Below, one piece after another: positions 29,979 to 43,936 of a DNA stretch of 64,000 bases. The notes below the pieces were generated by a model. That model had not been told where the DNA came from. It worked only from the letters and a program-made list of their open reading frames with translations, and did not search any database. How positions within the stretch are numbered: the stretch's first letter is position 1; every line of letters begins with the position of its first letter. Position numbers and translations under genes: made by a program. The DNA is from Eledone cirrhosa (Eukaryota), in the NCBI GenBank assembly GCA_964016885.1, contig OZ024743.1, positions 217,868,001-217,932,000 on the forward strand, written 5' to 3'.

Positions 29979-30494
29979 AGCACACAAATAAACACATATC
30001 TTCAGTCTCAATAGAAAATCTGAACTCTGACACCTGAACTCTGACAGCTGGCCATATTCACTGAACCAGAACATTTCTCCCAATCCCTTTTCCCTTGACC
30101 ACTATCTCTCCATTGTCATAACATTCACTATAAAGACTACAGAATAGTTTTCCAAATAAGGGCGCAAAAATGTAATGAAAACTTGTTCACGTGACAGCCA
30201 AATTTCATTTATAACCAACGAAAAAAAAGCCTTCGTGAGCCTCATTTTTTCAAGTAAAAAGAAATTCAAACACTCATATATGAAAAAACAACCTGTGACA
30301 ACCCCCCCCCCCCCTCTCTTATTTGAAGAACTATTGTAACGCGAACTGGCGCGAAATTTATTATAATTATTGACAAACCAATCAAATTACTTCTCGAAAA
30401 ACCTGGTTTTTGAGCCACTTTTTCCATATAAAACAAGTAACATTTAGAGACCAACCAGATGTGAGAAAAACCACAGACCCTCCATCTCAACTCA

Positions 30495-30532
30495 CCTTTT
30501 GAAAAGCAGAAGAACTGCGAAACCGGTAAAGG
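30495..30532 (+). ncRNA. Minimal type I hammerhead, U3:A8 core
   Basis: cctt-TTGAAAA-gcag aagaa ctgc-GAAA-CCGG-TA-aagg, followed by AATAAA. Confidence 0.85.
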
Positions 30533-30627
30533 AACCAAATAAATGTATATATTTTTTTTTTAAAAATAAGACTTCAGTTGCATTTTCGATTTCATCCCTT
30601 TTTCTTTATATATATATATATATATAT

Positions 30628-31579
30628 AACGAAGGAAATGTGGTAAGGAACCAGGTGGACCATAACGCACCAAAGTACTCAATACTTAGGGTAGTAGAGT
30701 GGGTAATAGGAGTGGGTAATATAAAAAGCGGAGTCAGCCAAATCTATCGTAGAATAGGGAAGGGGGGGTGCTGAAGCTACAAGGGACCGAGGGGCTACCT
30801 CGGGTGGGCGAGAAAAATACGACGACAAAGAAAGAGAACTGGGGTAGAAAGACTAGGGAGGGATGGGGGGAAGGAGGAAATATAGAGGAAGCGATAAAAA
30901 ATGTAAAAGAAGATCTTACGTCTCCATTGGCAAGCAGGGGTTACCCCTTACAAAATAGGCAAGTGGGGTCGTCGTCTTTTTCTCGCCCACCCGAGGTAGC
31001 CCCTCGGTCCCTTGTAGCTTCAGATCCACCACCCCCCTCCCCTATTCTACGATAGATTTGGCTGACTCCGCTTTTTATAGCAGAGGTGTTAGACTTCGGA
31101 TACTTGCCCCCTTCTCCGACCGCTGTCCCTTTTTCCCGTGCCTTCTATATTTCTTAGTGGCATCTTTGCTTTAATTTCTCGTTTATTCAGTATTTCTTTC
31201 TTCTTTTTCCCTTTTTTTTGGGGGGGGGGGGGGTGTTTCTGTATTAATTCTCCGTTCTTTACTTTTACTTCGTACGATCTTTCATGTAGCTTGTATAAGA
31301 TTTTCTGTTTCGTGGCGCCCCTTAGAGTTAGCACGAGTATTTTTTTTTTTTTTTACGGGACCCTGAATTATATTCTCGTACTAGTTAACTTTCTTGCTCT
31401 GGGTGGTTGCTGGCCCTGTGATTGGGGTAGAAACCTTTATTATTTAGTGGTAGTCTCTTTAGTATTTTGGCCCCCCTTTGTTGACCCGTCACCGTACGAT
31501 ACACGCACTTATACCTCGTATAAGGGTCCCTTTATTTCCGTCCCACCTAGTTTATTTTTATTTAATTTTTATTCTTCAT

Positions 31580-31610
<31 letters not shown>

Positions 31611-32120
31611 ATTCTTTTTTTTTTTTAATTTATTTATCTATTCTTTTATTCACTTATTTGTTTATTTATTTATTTATGTATTTTTTTAGCCTAGCAATAG
31701 CGAGAGACTTAAGTCTTAGTAACCAGACTTTGCTTTTTTTTTTTCTCTCTCTCTCAGTACTTTTTATAGTTTTACCCTTCTTTGTTTTACTTACCGTTTC
31801 GACTTCCTCCCCCTCCCCAGTATCTTCTTTGACCTCACACCCAGCTGTAGCCGGCACTACCAACGCATGAATGGGTCTACTCCACCCCCTCTCCCTTTTT
31901 CTCCTACCGGCAGGTTCAGCTACCCCTTCCCCCACCAATTTGCCATCACAGATTTACTACTAACTTGTGATGTGACCAATCCTGGTGATTATCTCTTTGA
32001 CCATATATGGAATTACCCCTTGATAAGCTCGGCTATTTAAATACCTGAATAAATTTTCTTTCAGTCCAGAATTAGCCGTCGAAACGGCTTGAGCTCAGCC
32101 GTCGGGGTCTTACTTGTTCC
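30628..32120 (+). mobile_element. Non-coding PLE-derived element with inverted tail and internal GC-rich inverted repeat
   Basis: 30628-30712 matches the inverted family tail; inverted repeat 30720-30826/30968-31079; pLTR end with HHR at 32015-32108. Confidence 0.7.
32015..32108 (+). ncRNA. Type I hammerhead, U3:A8 core, full stem III
   Basis: acccc-TTGATAA-gctcggcta...tagccgtc-GAAA-cggct tgagctc agccg-TC-ggggt. Confidence 0.8.
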
Positions 32121-32142
32121 TATATATATATATATATATATA

Positions 32143-32585
32143 GTTAAAAGAATAGAGGTGTAACACACAAGTTATTATATATTGGTAAACGGAATAGAAA
32201 ATGCTGACAAATTGTTCACAGTTGAAAAATGGTTTAATTAGGAATAAAAGAGTATTAGTGATTGTATGGGTTAGTATTCAGTTGTGGTTTTAAGTTTTTA
32301 AGTTTTTACCGGTTGCGCATTTCTAAATGCTTTTCAAAAATAACTTTGAGATAGAGTGTCCGTGCTGTTTGCTCTGATCTGGCAAATCACAGATCAGAGC
32401 AAACAGCACGGACACTCTATCTCAAAATTATTTTTGAAAAGCATTTAGAAATGCGCAACCGGTAAAAACTTAAAAACTTAAAACCACAACTGAATACTAA
32501 CCCATACAATCACTAATACTCTTTTATTCCTAATTAAACTATTTTTCAACTGTGAACAATTTGTCAGCATTTTCTATTCCGTTTA

Positions 32586-32590
<5 letters not shown>
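32143..32590. mobile_element. Near-perfect ~200-bp fold-back pLTR with hammerhead-like motif in each arm
   Basis: Arms 32178-32380 and 32390-32592. Motif at 32431-32467: TTGAAAA-gcatt/aatgc-GCAA-CCGG-TA (GAAA is GCAA in both arms). Confidence 0.75.
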
Positions 32591-32623
<33 letters not shown>

Positions 32624-32987
32624 TATATATATATTCATATATGTACGTGTGAGTATGTATGCATGTGGCTGTATATATATATATGTGTTTGGGTGCATGT
32701 CTGTGTGCGCGGTGATTGGTTACTACCCATATTTGGGAGTGGAGGTGTATATCGTATGGGAAGCAATCAGGTGAGATTTTGGTTTTGTTTGATTAACATG
32801 TCTGATGAATAAGGAGTCGGGTCTATAGCATTTACATGTATCCTGAGTCACCCATGTGCAAAATGGCCGTAAAGGTGTATAATCAATAAAGGGGCTTAAC
32901 GTGAAACCATGCCTTCTTTTAATATATACACACTGCCATAGCATAGCATGATGATCTTTGTACCTTAGTAAATCTACTGAACCATTT

Positions 32988-33090
<103 letters not shown>

Positions 33091-34361
33091 ATGTCTATGG
33101 GTGTATGTGTACGTTTGTGTGTACAGGGATGTATTATTATTTACCAATGTATTTAGGTGAAGAATATCAGCATCGGCGGAAAGACAATAAAATGTTGGTG
33201 CTAACCCAAATCCTTTGCAATAATTGTTTTACTCCTGGTTGCAGACACTCTTTTGTTTCTCTGACTTCCATAAACACAGTTAACAAATGAATGGCAGACA
33301 TGTCAATTCCCTCTGTCTGACGGGAAGATCTCCCACCCACTTTGGAGTAAGTAGATGTCTCCTCTTGGGTAAATGACTATAGCTTTCATTATGTAAAAAT
33401 CTCCTTATTTTGCCTCATTTCTCCCTGTTTTGGGGTACTTTTTTTCAATTGTACTCCCGTTTGGATTTTTAGTGGTTGGCAGATCTGGAATGGTGTAGTA
33501 GAAATCTGAAAGACATCAACAAAAGCAATACAATCCAATAAGATTTAAATGAAATACATCCACTAGCGTAAGTGGAATTTGCGGTGATTTATACGTTCTG
33601 CTTGATAACAATTGCCTTGAACTTATAAAGTGGAGCATGGAACGATGGCAGATATTTTCAAGAGTAAATATTCTTGTTAGATGTGAGTTAGTTAACTGCT
33701 GTCTTGTTTTGTTTGTAATTAAGTCAACATATCAATTGTTTTCTTCAAATGCATGCTTCCAACGTTTTATTAGTTATTTTACACTTTACGCGTTTCTCGC
33801 CCACTGACATCATGTCAGAAACAATATCCTTCAACGAGCAGTAATGTATATATAAACATGTAAAAAACGTTTTAAAACTTTCCATTGTTTAATATTGTAT
33901 TTAAATTTTTTGTATCCTTGTCGAATAGTATTTAAACAAAATACATTATTTTCTATCTAAATTTCAATTCAATTGTTCAAATACTTTATATTTTCTAGTA
34001 GAGAAAATAACAAGATCCAGAAATATAAATACAAATGAAGCATGTGGACGCTAGTAATAAAAACCAAGGTATCTAGTAGGATCAAGTTCTCATTGAAAAG
34101 CCAATACTGCCAGCAACAATACATTTCTCAATTATGCAAATGCCAAAAATATATGATATAACTGCTGTTATCACTAGTGACACTTTCACCGGCACTTCTA
34201 CCCACGCAACTATTATATATTTATATATGCAGGAGAATTCTATACAATTAAGGAACGAAGAAGGATCACAATTATACTAAGATATACATTACATCAAGTG
34301 GTGAATGTGTTTTATGTTATCCAGTGGTGACTTTTACGATATTGACCTGTTCTTCCTTTGT

Positions 34362-34560
34362 TCACCGTTGTTCAAAAAGTAGGAATGGTCCGGTGCAAGG
34401 ACTTTCTTTGCTTAAAAAAGTTTCAAATATATGTATGACCCGATCTAAACGACTCTTTCGTTTGTTGCGTGAGCATGGCTTTCCTTTTTTTTCTTTCGCT
34501 GCAGCATATGCAGAAAGGAATCTTCTCATTAGCAGGTCGAAAAATTCATGTTCGTGCCAC
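34362..34560 (-). other. Possible host exon or pseudo-exon, RGS-domain-like
   Basis: AG acceptor at 34562-34561, then open frame WHEHEFFDLLMRRFL...RLDRVIHIFETFLSKESPC, reminiscent of RGS helices. No flanking exons confirmed. Confidence 0.25.
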
Positions 34561-34623
34561 CTGTATATGACAAGTTGGTCAAGGAATAGTAATTCCCGAA
34601 GCTGAGAAGCGAATATTATATAA

Positions 34624-34796
34624 GGGTGGTGGATTGGCAGTATCAGTAGAAGGTCGGACGCCATGGTTTACAGAGAGAGTTACGGCCTTTTATAATCTGA
34701 ATTCAAATGCCGTCGAGGTTAACTTTGCCTTTCATCCTTACGGGTCGATGAAATAAAGTACCAGTAATACATTGTGCCAAATGTAGAAACAATTAT
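34624..34796 (+). mobile_element. tRNA-derived SINE (internally deleted)
   Basis: ggtggtggattggcagtatcag...aattcaaatgcc...gtcgatgaaataaagtaccag...tagaaacaattat. Confidence 0.8.
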
Positions 34797-34803
34797 ATAT
34801 ATT

Positions 34804-34836
<33 letters not shown>

Positions 34837-34843
34837 ATTTGTA

Positions 34844-34998
<155 letters not shown>

Positions 34999-35083
34999 TA
35001 TATACATATATATATATATGTGTGTGTGTATGTGTGTGTATGTGTGTGTATGTGTGTGTATGTGTGTGTATGTGTGTGTGTGT

Positions 35084-35120
<37 letters not shown>

Positions 35121-35739
35121 TGTATGTGTCTGTGTGTGTATGTATATATATATATATATACACACAATTCAAGTGATGAACCAAAGCCCTGATGGTGTTC
35201 AAATCATTTATACGTTTCTACGATTGTTCCGATTTATTGAAATGCACATGTAATCAAATATAACAATTTGCCAATTACTTTATTAATAAATTATATCGAC
35301 AAACATGGTATAAATGATTTGAACTCAATCAAGCCTTTGGTTCAATACCTGAACTGACTAATTATGCTCTGTGAGTTTCTCTCTTTAGCTACATACCTTA
35401 GACACAATGGATTGTACCTCGGATCATGTGACTAGCTGAATATTAATGAGACTAACACATTGAGCTTTAATGCACTTGATGATAAATGAGTGATGTATCA
35501 ACTTATATATGATCTCCTACATATATATAACTTTCATATTTGGTTGTCTAGAAGACGGGAAGTGCTTGTATGTACTTTATATATATATCACCCCTAACAT
35601 ACATTCCAATATATTTATATAAAAATGCGACAAGGAGATTATTCATTTTGTCAAGCCTCATTCTAGAAATATCAGCTAAATCTTCTTCCCACCTTCCCAT
35701 TTCAAAACGTGTCAATTTGACAATGTAGTCATGGATATA

Positions 35740-36507
35740 TATATATATACATACACACAGAGGTATCCACTGTAAGTTGTGGGGTCTATTCTGTATGAAG
35801 AACTCAATGTAATCCATATGTTGAAAATGTTGTAGGTTAAGATAAATCTCAGAAAATAGTAAAACATTAAAAGGAAAACAGAGTCATGATATAAGTTAAA
35901 ACAATGAAATAAAAAATCAAGTCATTGGAGATATATTCACTGCTTTACGATCGTTTCTCGATGGTGATAATACATTGTATCTATACTCAATTATTGATCT
36001 ATTTACAAACTATCAGATAGAGAGAATATTTACTTACATGCATATTACCAGCTGTTTTCAAAAGCAATAATAATTTTATTCAATAATGATTTTATTCAGA
36101 ATTAGTATCATGTCCATATTTGGAGGTATGAAAAGTAATACACTTTAGTTGAGGTCATGACCCTTTGAACCATTCCTTTCAAAGGGCCATGACCTCAACT
36201 AAAGTGTATTACTTTTTATCTTAACACCATATGAAAAAAACAATTTGATTCGTTAGTTCTTCAACTACCTCCAAATATGGACATGATACTAATTCTGAAT
36301 AAAATCATTATTGAATAAAATTATTATTGCTTTTGAAAACAGCTGGTGATATGCATGTAAGTAAATATTCTCTCTATCTGATAGTTTGTAAACTTACATA
36401 GATCAATAACTGAGTATAGATACAATGTATTATCACCATGTAGAAACGATCGTAAAGCAGTGAAGTATATCTCTAATGACTTGATTTTTTATTTCATTGT
36501 TTTAACT

Positions 36508-36510
<3 letters not shown>
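35740..36510. mobile_element. Solo inverted pLTR pair of the PLE at 43073-52650
   Basis: Matches 47625-48120 and 52170-52650. HHRs at 35939-36068 (-) and 36326-36461 (+): attgctt-TTGAAAA...GAAA-CGATCG-TA-aagcagt. Confidence 0.85.
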
Positions 36511-36596
<86 letters not shown>

Positions 36597-37238
36597 TTAT
36601 GTATGGCACCATCGTTCAGTATGTAGATAGTGTAACTGTAACATTAGAACCCCTTTCAGAAATTCTTACTTAAACATCTCTCTGCATATTATTTACTCAC
36701 TTCAATCTATATTTTTTTACTCACCTCAATCCAGATTCTCACTTGAAAAATCTTTAATTGTTTAATTTCTAATTGTTAATTTTTTAATTTATAATTTCTG
36801 ATACTTGATTTAGGATTTTCGATTTTAAATTGTAATTTTTAGTTCTAATTTCACTTATAACTTCCAATATGAAACTATGATACAGGCTTGAATGGCGTCA
36901 TTGTCTGGCTGAGAGAGGGAACTGACTAAGCGAATTTCGTTTAAATCTGCGGTAGCTAATGGTCAACTTCCCCCTGGACCTGCGCCTGCGCAGACCAGTG
37001 GGGTGAATTGGTACTCACAGGGGAACGGATGAAAAACCCAAAAGCACATACTTCGTCCGTTCCCATGTCGATTCAATTCGGATTGCTTCGGAAACATAAC
37101 CTTATTATGTAACAAGCTGTCTGGCGATGTCGCGAAACTGGCGCACAGAACAGTGTAGCCACTTTCACCATTGAAATATATATCACAGCATTATTATTAA
37201 AGGACTTGAACATCTGAAACTACTTCGCTTTTCCTTAT

Positions 37239-37363
<125 letters not shown>

Positions 37364-40300
37364 AATGTTCATGATCGCAGATCTGCTCCATTAGGAGTGA
37401 TGTGAGCCACAATTGAATGCATCCTCAAGCCACTATCACAGTGTATCTACTAAGCACATAAATAACTATATACGAATTACTAAACCTTTGTACCTGTAAC
37501 TTTCTGGCATCTGTAAATAAGTTAGTATTGCAAACACATACATATACATCCCATCTTCTAGACAACCAAATCTGAAAGTTAATCCAATTTTGTTCTCAAT
37601 ATAATCACTATTACCAAAATAATATTTTGGAAACACATGAGTATGTTCATTATTCTTATTTCTTTCTAAAAATAATGTCTGGTCAATGAAATTACAGAAT
37701 CAAGGTAATTCTCTAATTGTTACGCAACATGCAACACGTATTTTCTTTTTCTATCTAACATTTCTCATTATTATATTTATATTTATTTTCTCAACGGCTT
37801 ACATTAAGATAATTGTTAATTCTATATCATTGTTAATTTGTTTGTATTTATATAATCGAAGAATATTTCTCTATTGAAATCACTATTGCTGTTTTTTTAA
37901 TCATTATTATATTTGCCTTTCCTTGTACTAATTACTATTGTCATTGTTGTTTTAAATGCTGTTGTTTATTTTGCTGCGGCTTATGTTTCCTATTTATTTG
38001 GGAAAATGCTGTTTTGTTTCATTTTACTGAACATTGCTTATAATTCTGAAAGAGAGATTAGAGCTAAGCATTATAAAACATTCGCACTCGTACACATTCG
38101 AAGCATTACTTAAAAAGAGAACGTTTGTTGTTGTTATGTTTAATTAGCTCATCTTTTTTCACATTAACTATGAGTAATATGCAATTATATTAAAAAGACT
38201 TGATTATAAATAGGAGTCTCACCAATGTTTTATTTCCAGAACCACTGGGCAATTTCTTTTACCAAACGGAGAAAAACTCGTATAGATCCCATGGACATCG
38301 CTTAATAGAATATTTAAACATATTTCTGGGATACAATTACATAAATATAACAAAGAATTTAATATTTAGTCAAACATGTAAGAAAAGAAAGTCACATTGG
38401 AAAGAGCTATACAGGTTTAAATGAGAGAAAAGGGAAGGAAAGGGCAAATATTTTATCATAAAAGTACAGATACACACATAGATGTAGTAATAGTCTATCT
38501 CACAACTTACAATATGAAGAAATACAAATAGGAATGATGTTAATAGTATATTCAAAGTTTAACTACACAGGGTAGTGTCAGCTCAGAAATATATGATTCA
38601 TAACATTTGCTGAATAATCTACTCATAAGTTTAGAATAATACGCTTTTACATAGTCTTTAGCTTTAAACCAACATAACTCAAATCTACTGAACAAATCAA
38701 CCAATGGATCAGAACATTGAATACAGTTTTCTTAAAGGGAGAATTTACTACCACTAATAAATAAATGTTTCTGGACAAAGGTATATTTCACTGCAACACC
38801 AATCGGTGGTCTGAGATAGGATAAATACAGAGATCTTGTCAGAAATGTGTCTAAATGCAATAGCATTGAAAAGCGATGTTGGGATAATCACAGATAATAT
38901 GGGAATCCTGTCACAAAAATTCGGCTTCTACGTAATTTTCTTTTCTGTAGCTACTCGACCCACGTATTTTCTCTAATTTATCTCAATTCTTTTTCGTTTA
39001 TCCAACTGTTCTCATTCTTTCTCTACTTCGTCTTTTGTGTGTATCATTTCCGATGTCACCATCTGACTTCTTTTTTTACCTCTTTTGATTTTCCTCCATC
39101 ATTTCTTTAGCTGTATTTCGTGAGCTCTCTCGCCATCTAACTTCTCCTTATATTTTATTAACATTCTCTTCACTGCTGTCACTCTCCTCCCATAAAGTAT
39201 TCATTCAGCTTCCAAATACTAATGTTACGTAACATCGGAATCTCATTATAATCATAGATTCCAATCGAATTTCTTTCTTTATACAATAATGAATGAATAT
39301 AACAGAAGGGATACAACATGGTCTTGTAAATCGCTCGAAATACCAACGAAGTCTCTATACAATTATACCTTATTATGTTAATAATTGAACGTCAGATATA
39401 ACAATGTATTCTTAGTTACACTATGATACTAAAGAAACGCTGGAATACTTTTGCTCATAGTTCTACTCGATCAAAGAAGATGTATGACTAAAGAACAAAC
39501 AATAATGCCAGCAATGAATAATGGAAATTCTACGCAGTACCCTACCCTGTTAGAATAACAAACACAATTATCCCTACATCACACACTATGTTCATAATAT
39601 TCAGGGGTGATGATGTGGGAGATAAATAAACGGAATAAAACAGGCACGATTTCGACTTAAAGTTTGCTGGATCAGACCCAAACACTTAAAGTTGTTCATA
39701 TTTCCCTTAATTCATTCACGAGGAAAATAATTTGTTAATGTGTATGTAGTGTGTGTGGGGTGAGCCTATGCCTATAGTGACTAAGGATAGCAGCATGAAT
39801 CAACTAATGAAAGATCGTGATCTTTCGAACGTCCACCCTGTTTAGCTGAATTGTAAAACTCACGCGGGCATTGCCACGTCATCCCACCGAATAACATGTT
39901 TTCGATCGTAGAAAATAGAAGGAGCTTGAGACCCAGGATGACAGGCATTTTCACCGCTACAATTTCGATGACAAACCATGTATCAAAACAGCAAATAACA
40001 CATTGGATAAGGTAACGTCCTGGTGTAAAGGCGGAATGGTCATGGGTAGAACGACTTTCATTAAACGTGTTTTCAATCTTAAATGACCTGGATGTTTAGC
40101 AGCAACAGTATGAAAAATGAACTACTATGGGAACCTCTATTTAGTCACACATTTCGTTAGAAAGAGCAGCCAGATTTCACTGAAAATATACACTTGTTTC
40201 ATATATAACTGACATTATGTAGATGGAAAGTGCAGACGTCGGTTAGGTGGATATTTGTATGTGTTAGAATCATCGAGGGAAGAGCAGTAAATGTGAGATA

Positions 40301-40876
40301 TTTCTGAGTGATCGAGATTGGCTGGAGTGATGGAGAAAGTCATATAAAGACCATTTCAATTACTCGAATGTTGCAACAAATTGGGTTCCGCTTAAGGCAC
40401 TCAAGATATAGGAGGTAGCTTTAATCCGGGTGACGAATTAAGTATATCAACCAAGGGGTTTAGAACGTTCTAACAATGCTGGCATTCCACCTCCCGGGAC
40501 TGATGCTCCCTTAGGTTAGTGATTCCAAAACGATAGCAGGCAAACTATCTTCAGCGGGATTTGAACTTCATTTGTTTATAAATAGTACATATAAATAACG
40601 TATCTTATGAGACAGAATCGATTATCTTCGTGAGAAAAATACTTTTCATTAGTTTAATTTTTATAATGCTTTTTATTCTATTTTCATTTTTTTATATATA
40701 TTTTGTTACTTCTGCCATTGTACAGCGAATATTCAATAGCGCTTACATTCATTCAAGTTTTTTCGATAATACAAGGCTACTACCATGCCTCTTTTACTTC
40801 GTCTGTACTTAACTTTAATAACGGTTCTCTGGTATTTGAGATAATGAACAATGTATTCAATAATATAGAATTTGAA

Positions 40877-40908
<32 letters not shown>

Positions 40909-40957
40909 TTATACATGTATATATATATGTATATATATCTATATATCTATATATATA

Positions 40958-41073
<116 letters not shown>

Positions 41074-41644
41074 TATACACACAGACTGACAGTTCTAGTC
41101 ATATAGAAACCATTCCTATATTTTATATATATATATATTGTCCTACAACAATATTCGTTTTGAAGTCCGGAACAATAGAATATGTTATAGGAATGGGATG
41201 GTCTCAACTAAAATTATATAAAGTTAGCTCACTGCTGAATATTTATTGAACTAACCCCTGAAGGAGTGAAATTAAAAGAATGTACAAGATTTGATCTCAG
41301 ATCGTAAAAATATATCACTGCAAAACTCAAGAAACTACATTTTCGCCAGTCTACAAATTCCAAACATGACATTGGTTGTTGTTGTTATCCAGTGCTAACT
41401 CAAATGTCATTGAGATCTTTTGATCTGTCGGCATCCGTCACCATGATCATCTCATCTTTTATATTTTCAGGTATGGTGATTCTGCTGACGAACTGCATAA
41501 TGTTGGCTCTTCTAATCTAATGATTGAAATCCAACTTGCATGCAGTGAAACAGCTGTAGTGATTAAGCTACACACACAAACATACACTCTTACATACACA
41601 AACACGAACGCACACACATATGTACACACACAGAGATAGGTATG

Positions 41645-41679
<35 letters not shown>

Positions 41680-41680
<1 letters not shown>

Positions 41681-42563
41681 AAATTGAGGTTGGTAATGGC
41701 ACATGGAATATATAAGAGACAGAATACTTTTTTGTGAAAAAACATATAATTTTATAAGGTAAGGAAATAATAAAGGGTATAAAAAATGACCGGTTTCGAT
41801 GGGTCTGCAAAAGCCATCTTTTCAAATGTTGATTAATATTAAGAAAAATTAATAATAAGAAGAGTTAAAATTTGAGATTTGAAAATTCAAGTATAAAATT
41901 CATTGTGGGATTTCACAGTATTTTTCATCTTGGTAGCAGCTCGTTTAGCAGCTCGTTGACTGCTGGGTGCCTTTCTGGTAGTGAATGTGTGTGTATGTGT
42001 ATGTATATGTATATGTATGTATGTGTGGATGAAGGTATGTGTGTATATATAGGTGTAAGTGCACTAAATCCCTTTCTATCAATCTCCCCTCTCCTACCTA
42101 CCACAGGAAGATATATGTATGTATATTGCTTCTACCCCCTCACTGACCAGCAGCTGGCCATCTGGCCATTGCTAAATTTGACCTTTATAAAATAACCCAC
42201 ACCCCCAAATAACTTCTCATTCACTACCAGAAAGGCACCCAGCAGTCAACGAGCTTCTAAACGAGCTGCTACCAAGATGAAAAATACTGTGAAATCCCAC
42301 AATGAATTTTATACTTGAATTTTCAAATCTCAAATTTTAAATCTTCTTATTATTAATTTTTCTTAATATTAATCAACATTTGAAAAGATGGCTTTTGCAG
42401 ACCCATCGAAACCGGTCATTTTTTTATACCCTTTATTATTTCCTTACCTTATAAAATTATATGTTTTTTCACAAAAAAGTATTCTGTCTCTTATATATTC
42501 CATGTGCCATTACCAACCTCAATTTTCTCTATAACCTTCGTTTGTGTAGTAAATTACACTTTT
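41680..42563. mobile_element. Fold-back pLTR, ~310-bp arms, with U3:A8 hammerheads
   Basis: 41680-41987 is the reverse complement of 42218-42530. TTGAAAA-gatgg/ccatc-GAAA-CCGG-TC at 42380-42417 (+) and ~41788-41826 (-). Stem I is weak; ~30-nt tail. Confidence 0.8.
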
Positions 42564-42581
42564 CATATATATATATATATA

Positions 42582-43072
42582 TAAAAACAAATAACGAAAC
42601 GAAATTAAATTTCGTTTCGTTTGTAACTCACTTTTGTATGACTGACGCTTAAACAATTAAGTTAAAAATGTACATCCACATATGTATACTGAAATACTAG
42701 TATGCATATGAATACACACACGTGTACATATGTAGATGTACCGAGTTTTTCACTGGACACTTTACTGTGAGTGTTCAGCTATTCTGTATGTAAACACACA
42801 GACAAACCGGTTTTTAGAGTCATACTGGTTTTCGAGGAAACACCTTTCCTCTATTCTCCAAAAAGCCAGACAGGAACATTGGACTAGTTTCGATGTTGTT
42901 ACATCTCATCAGCAATATTTACCTATCCACCGGCCTTTCTAGAGAATCGTAAAAGCACATATCGTTATATGCTTTTTCTATGAAAATTAGTAGTGGGCAG
43001 ACTAATTTGCATAGAGCGTGAGTACGTACCGGTTCAGCGGAGACGATAAAAACGTTATTTGTTTTTATCGTC
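42582..43072 (-). mobile_element. Diverged relative of the 418-bp HHR repeat
   Basis: Shares the octamer (43005-43012), HHR with CTAG stem III, gaaattt...cgtttc end and overall layout. Confidence 0.65.
42875..42919 (-). ncRNA. Minimal type I hammerhead
   Basis: aatattg-CTGATGA-gatgt aaca acatc-GAAA-CTAG-TC-caatgtt. Confidence 0.88.
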
Positions 43073-43774
43073 TTGAGGTCATTACCCATTGAATGGAATG
43101 GTTGAAGGGTGTTAACAGGGTGTTACTAGTAGATTTGGCATAAAAATCCATTAACAGGAAAGGGATTGATAGTTGAATGTATCTGGTATAGTGTATTTAA
43201 AAGGAATGTCAAAATAAATGGTGATTAGTGTTGTATTGAGTTTTAAGGTGAATATAAATTAAGGTTATGGCTAGAAAAGATAGTATATTAAAAGATGAAA
43301 ATGATAATAAGATAATGAAATACAGTAATACGATAATATACAACTTAACCAACACAATATAGTACTGTGTGTTAAATTGCATTTAATATAATATAGCATA
43401 TGATACGCTCTAAAATACTATCAAGTATGTTTATGCATAAATAATCAAACTCAGATAAATATGTTGGCATAGTTAAAACACATAAATTTCATAGATTACA
43501 AAGTGCATATACCCACACTATATATAGAGAGAGGTACAGTTAAATTGATATCCAACCAAAAATATACATACGCACAAATAGATGGAAATGAAAATACACA
43601 TTTACACGCATGCATATAATGATATACATACATATCCGTACATATCTATATCCACACATACACATCTATGCCGACATATATACATATATATATACACACA
43701 CACTCAAACATACATACATATATATAAATATATATATATATACACACACATACACATATATACATACACACACG

Positions 43775-43858
<84 letters not shown>

Positions 43859-43865
43859 CATATAC

Positions 43866-43936
<71 letters not shown>

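Larger units (their letters stand above)
27979..30607 (+). mobile_element. 5'-truncated Penelope-like element (Neptune-like)
   Basis: Open RT-GIY-YIG frame, long 3' region, hammerhead, AATAAA, ends at (TA)n. Confidence 0.92.

Noticed and set aside
38800-40560. Possible old LINE fragments (also 63000-63240)
   Set aside because: Too decayed to assign motifs or boundaries by eye.
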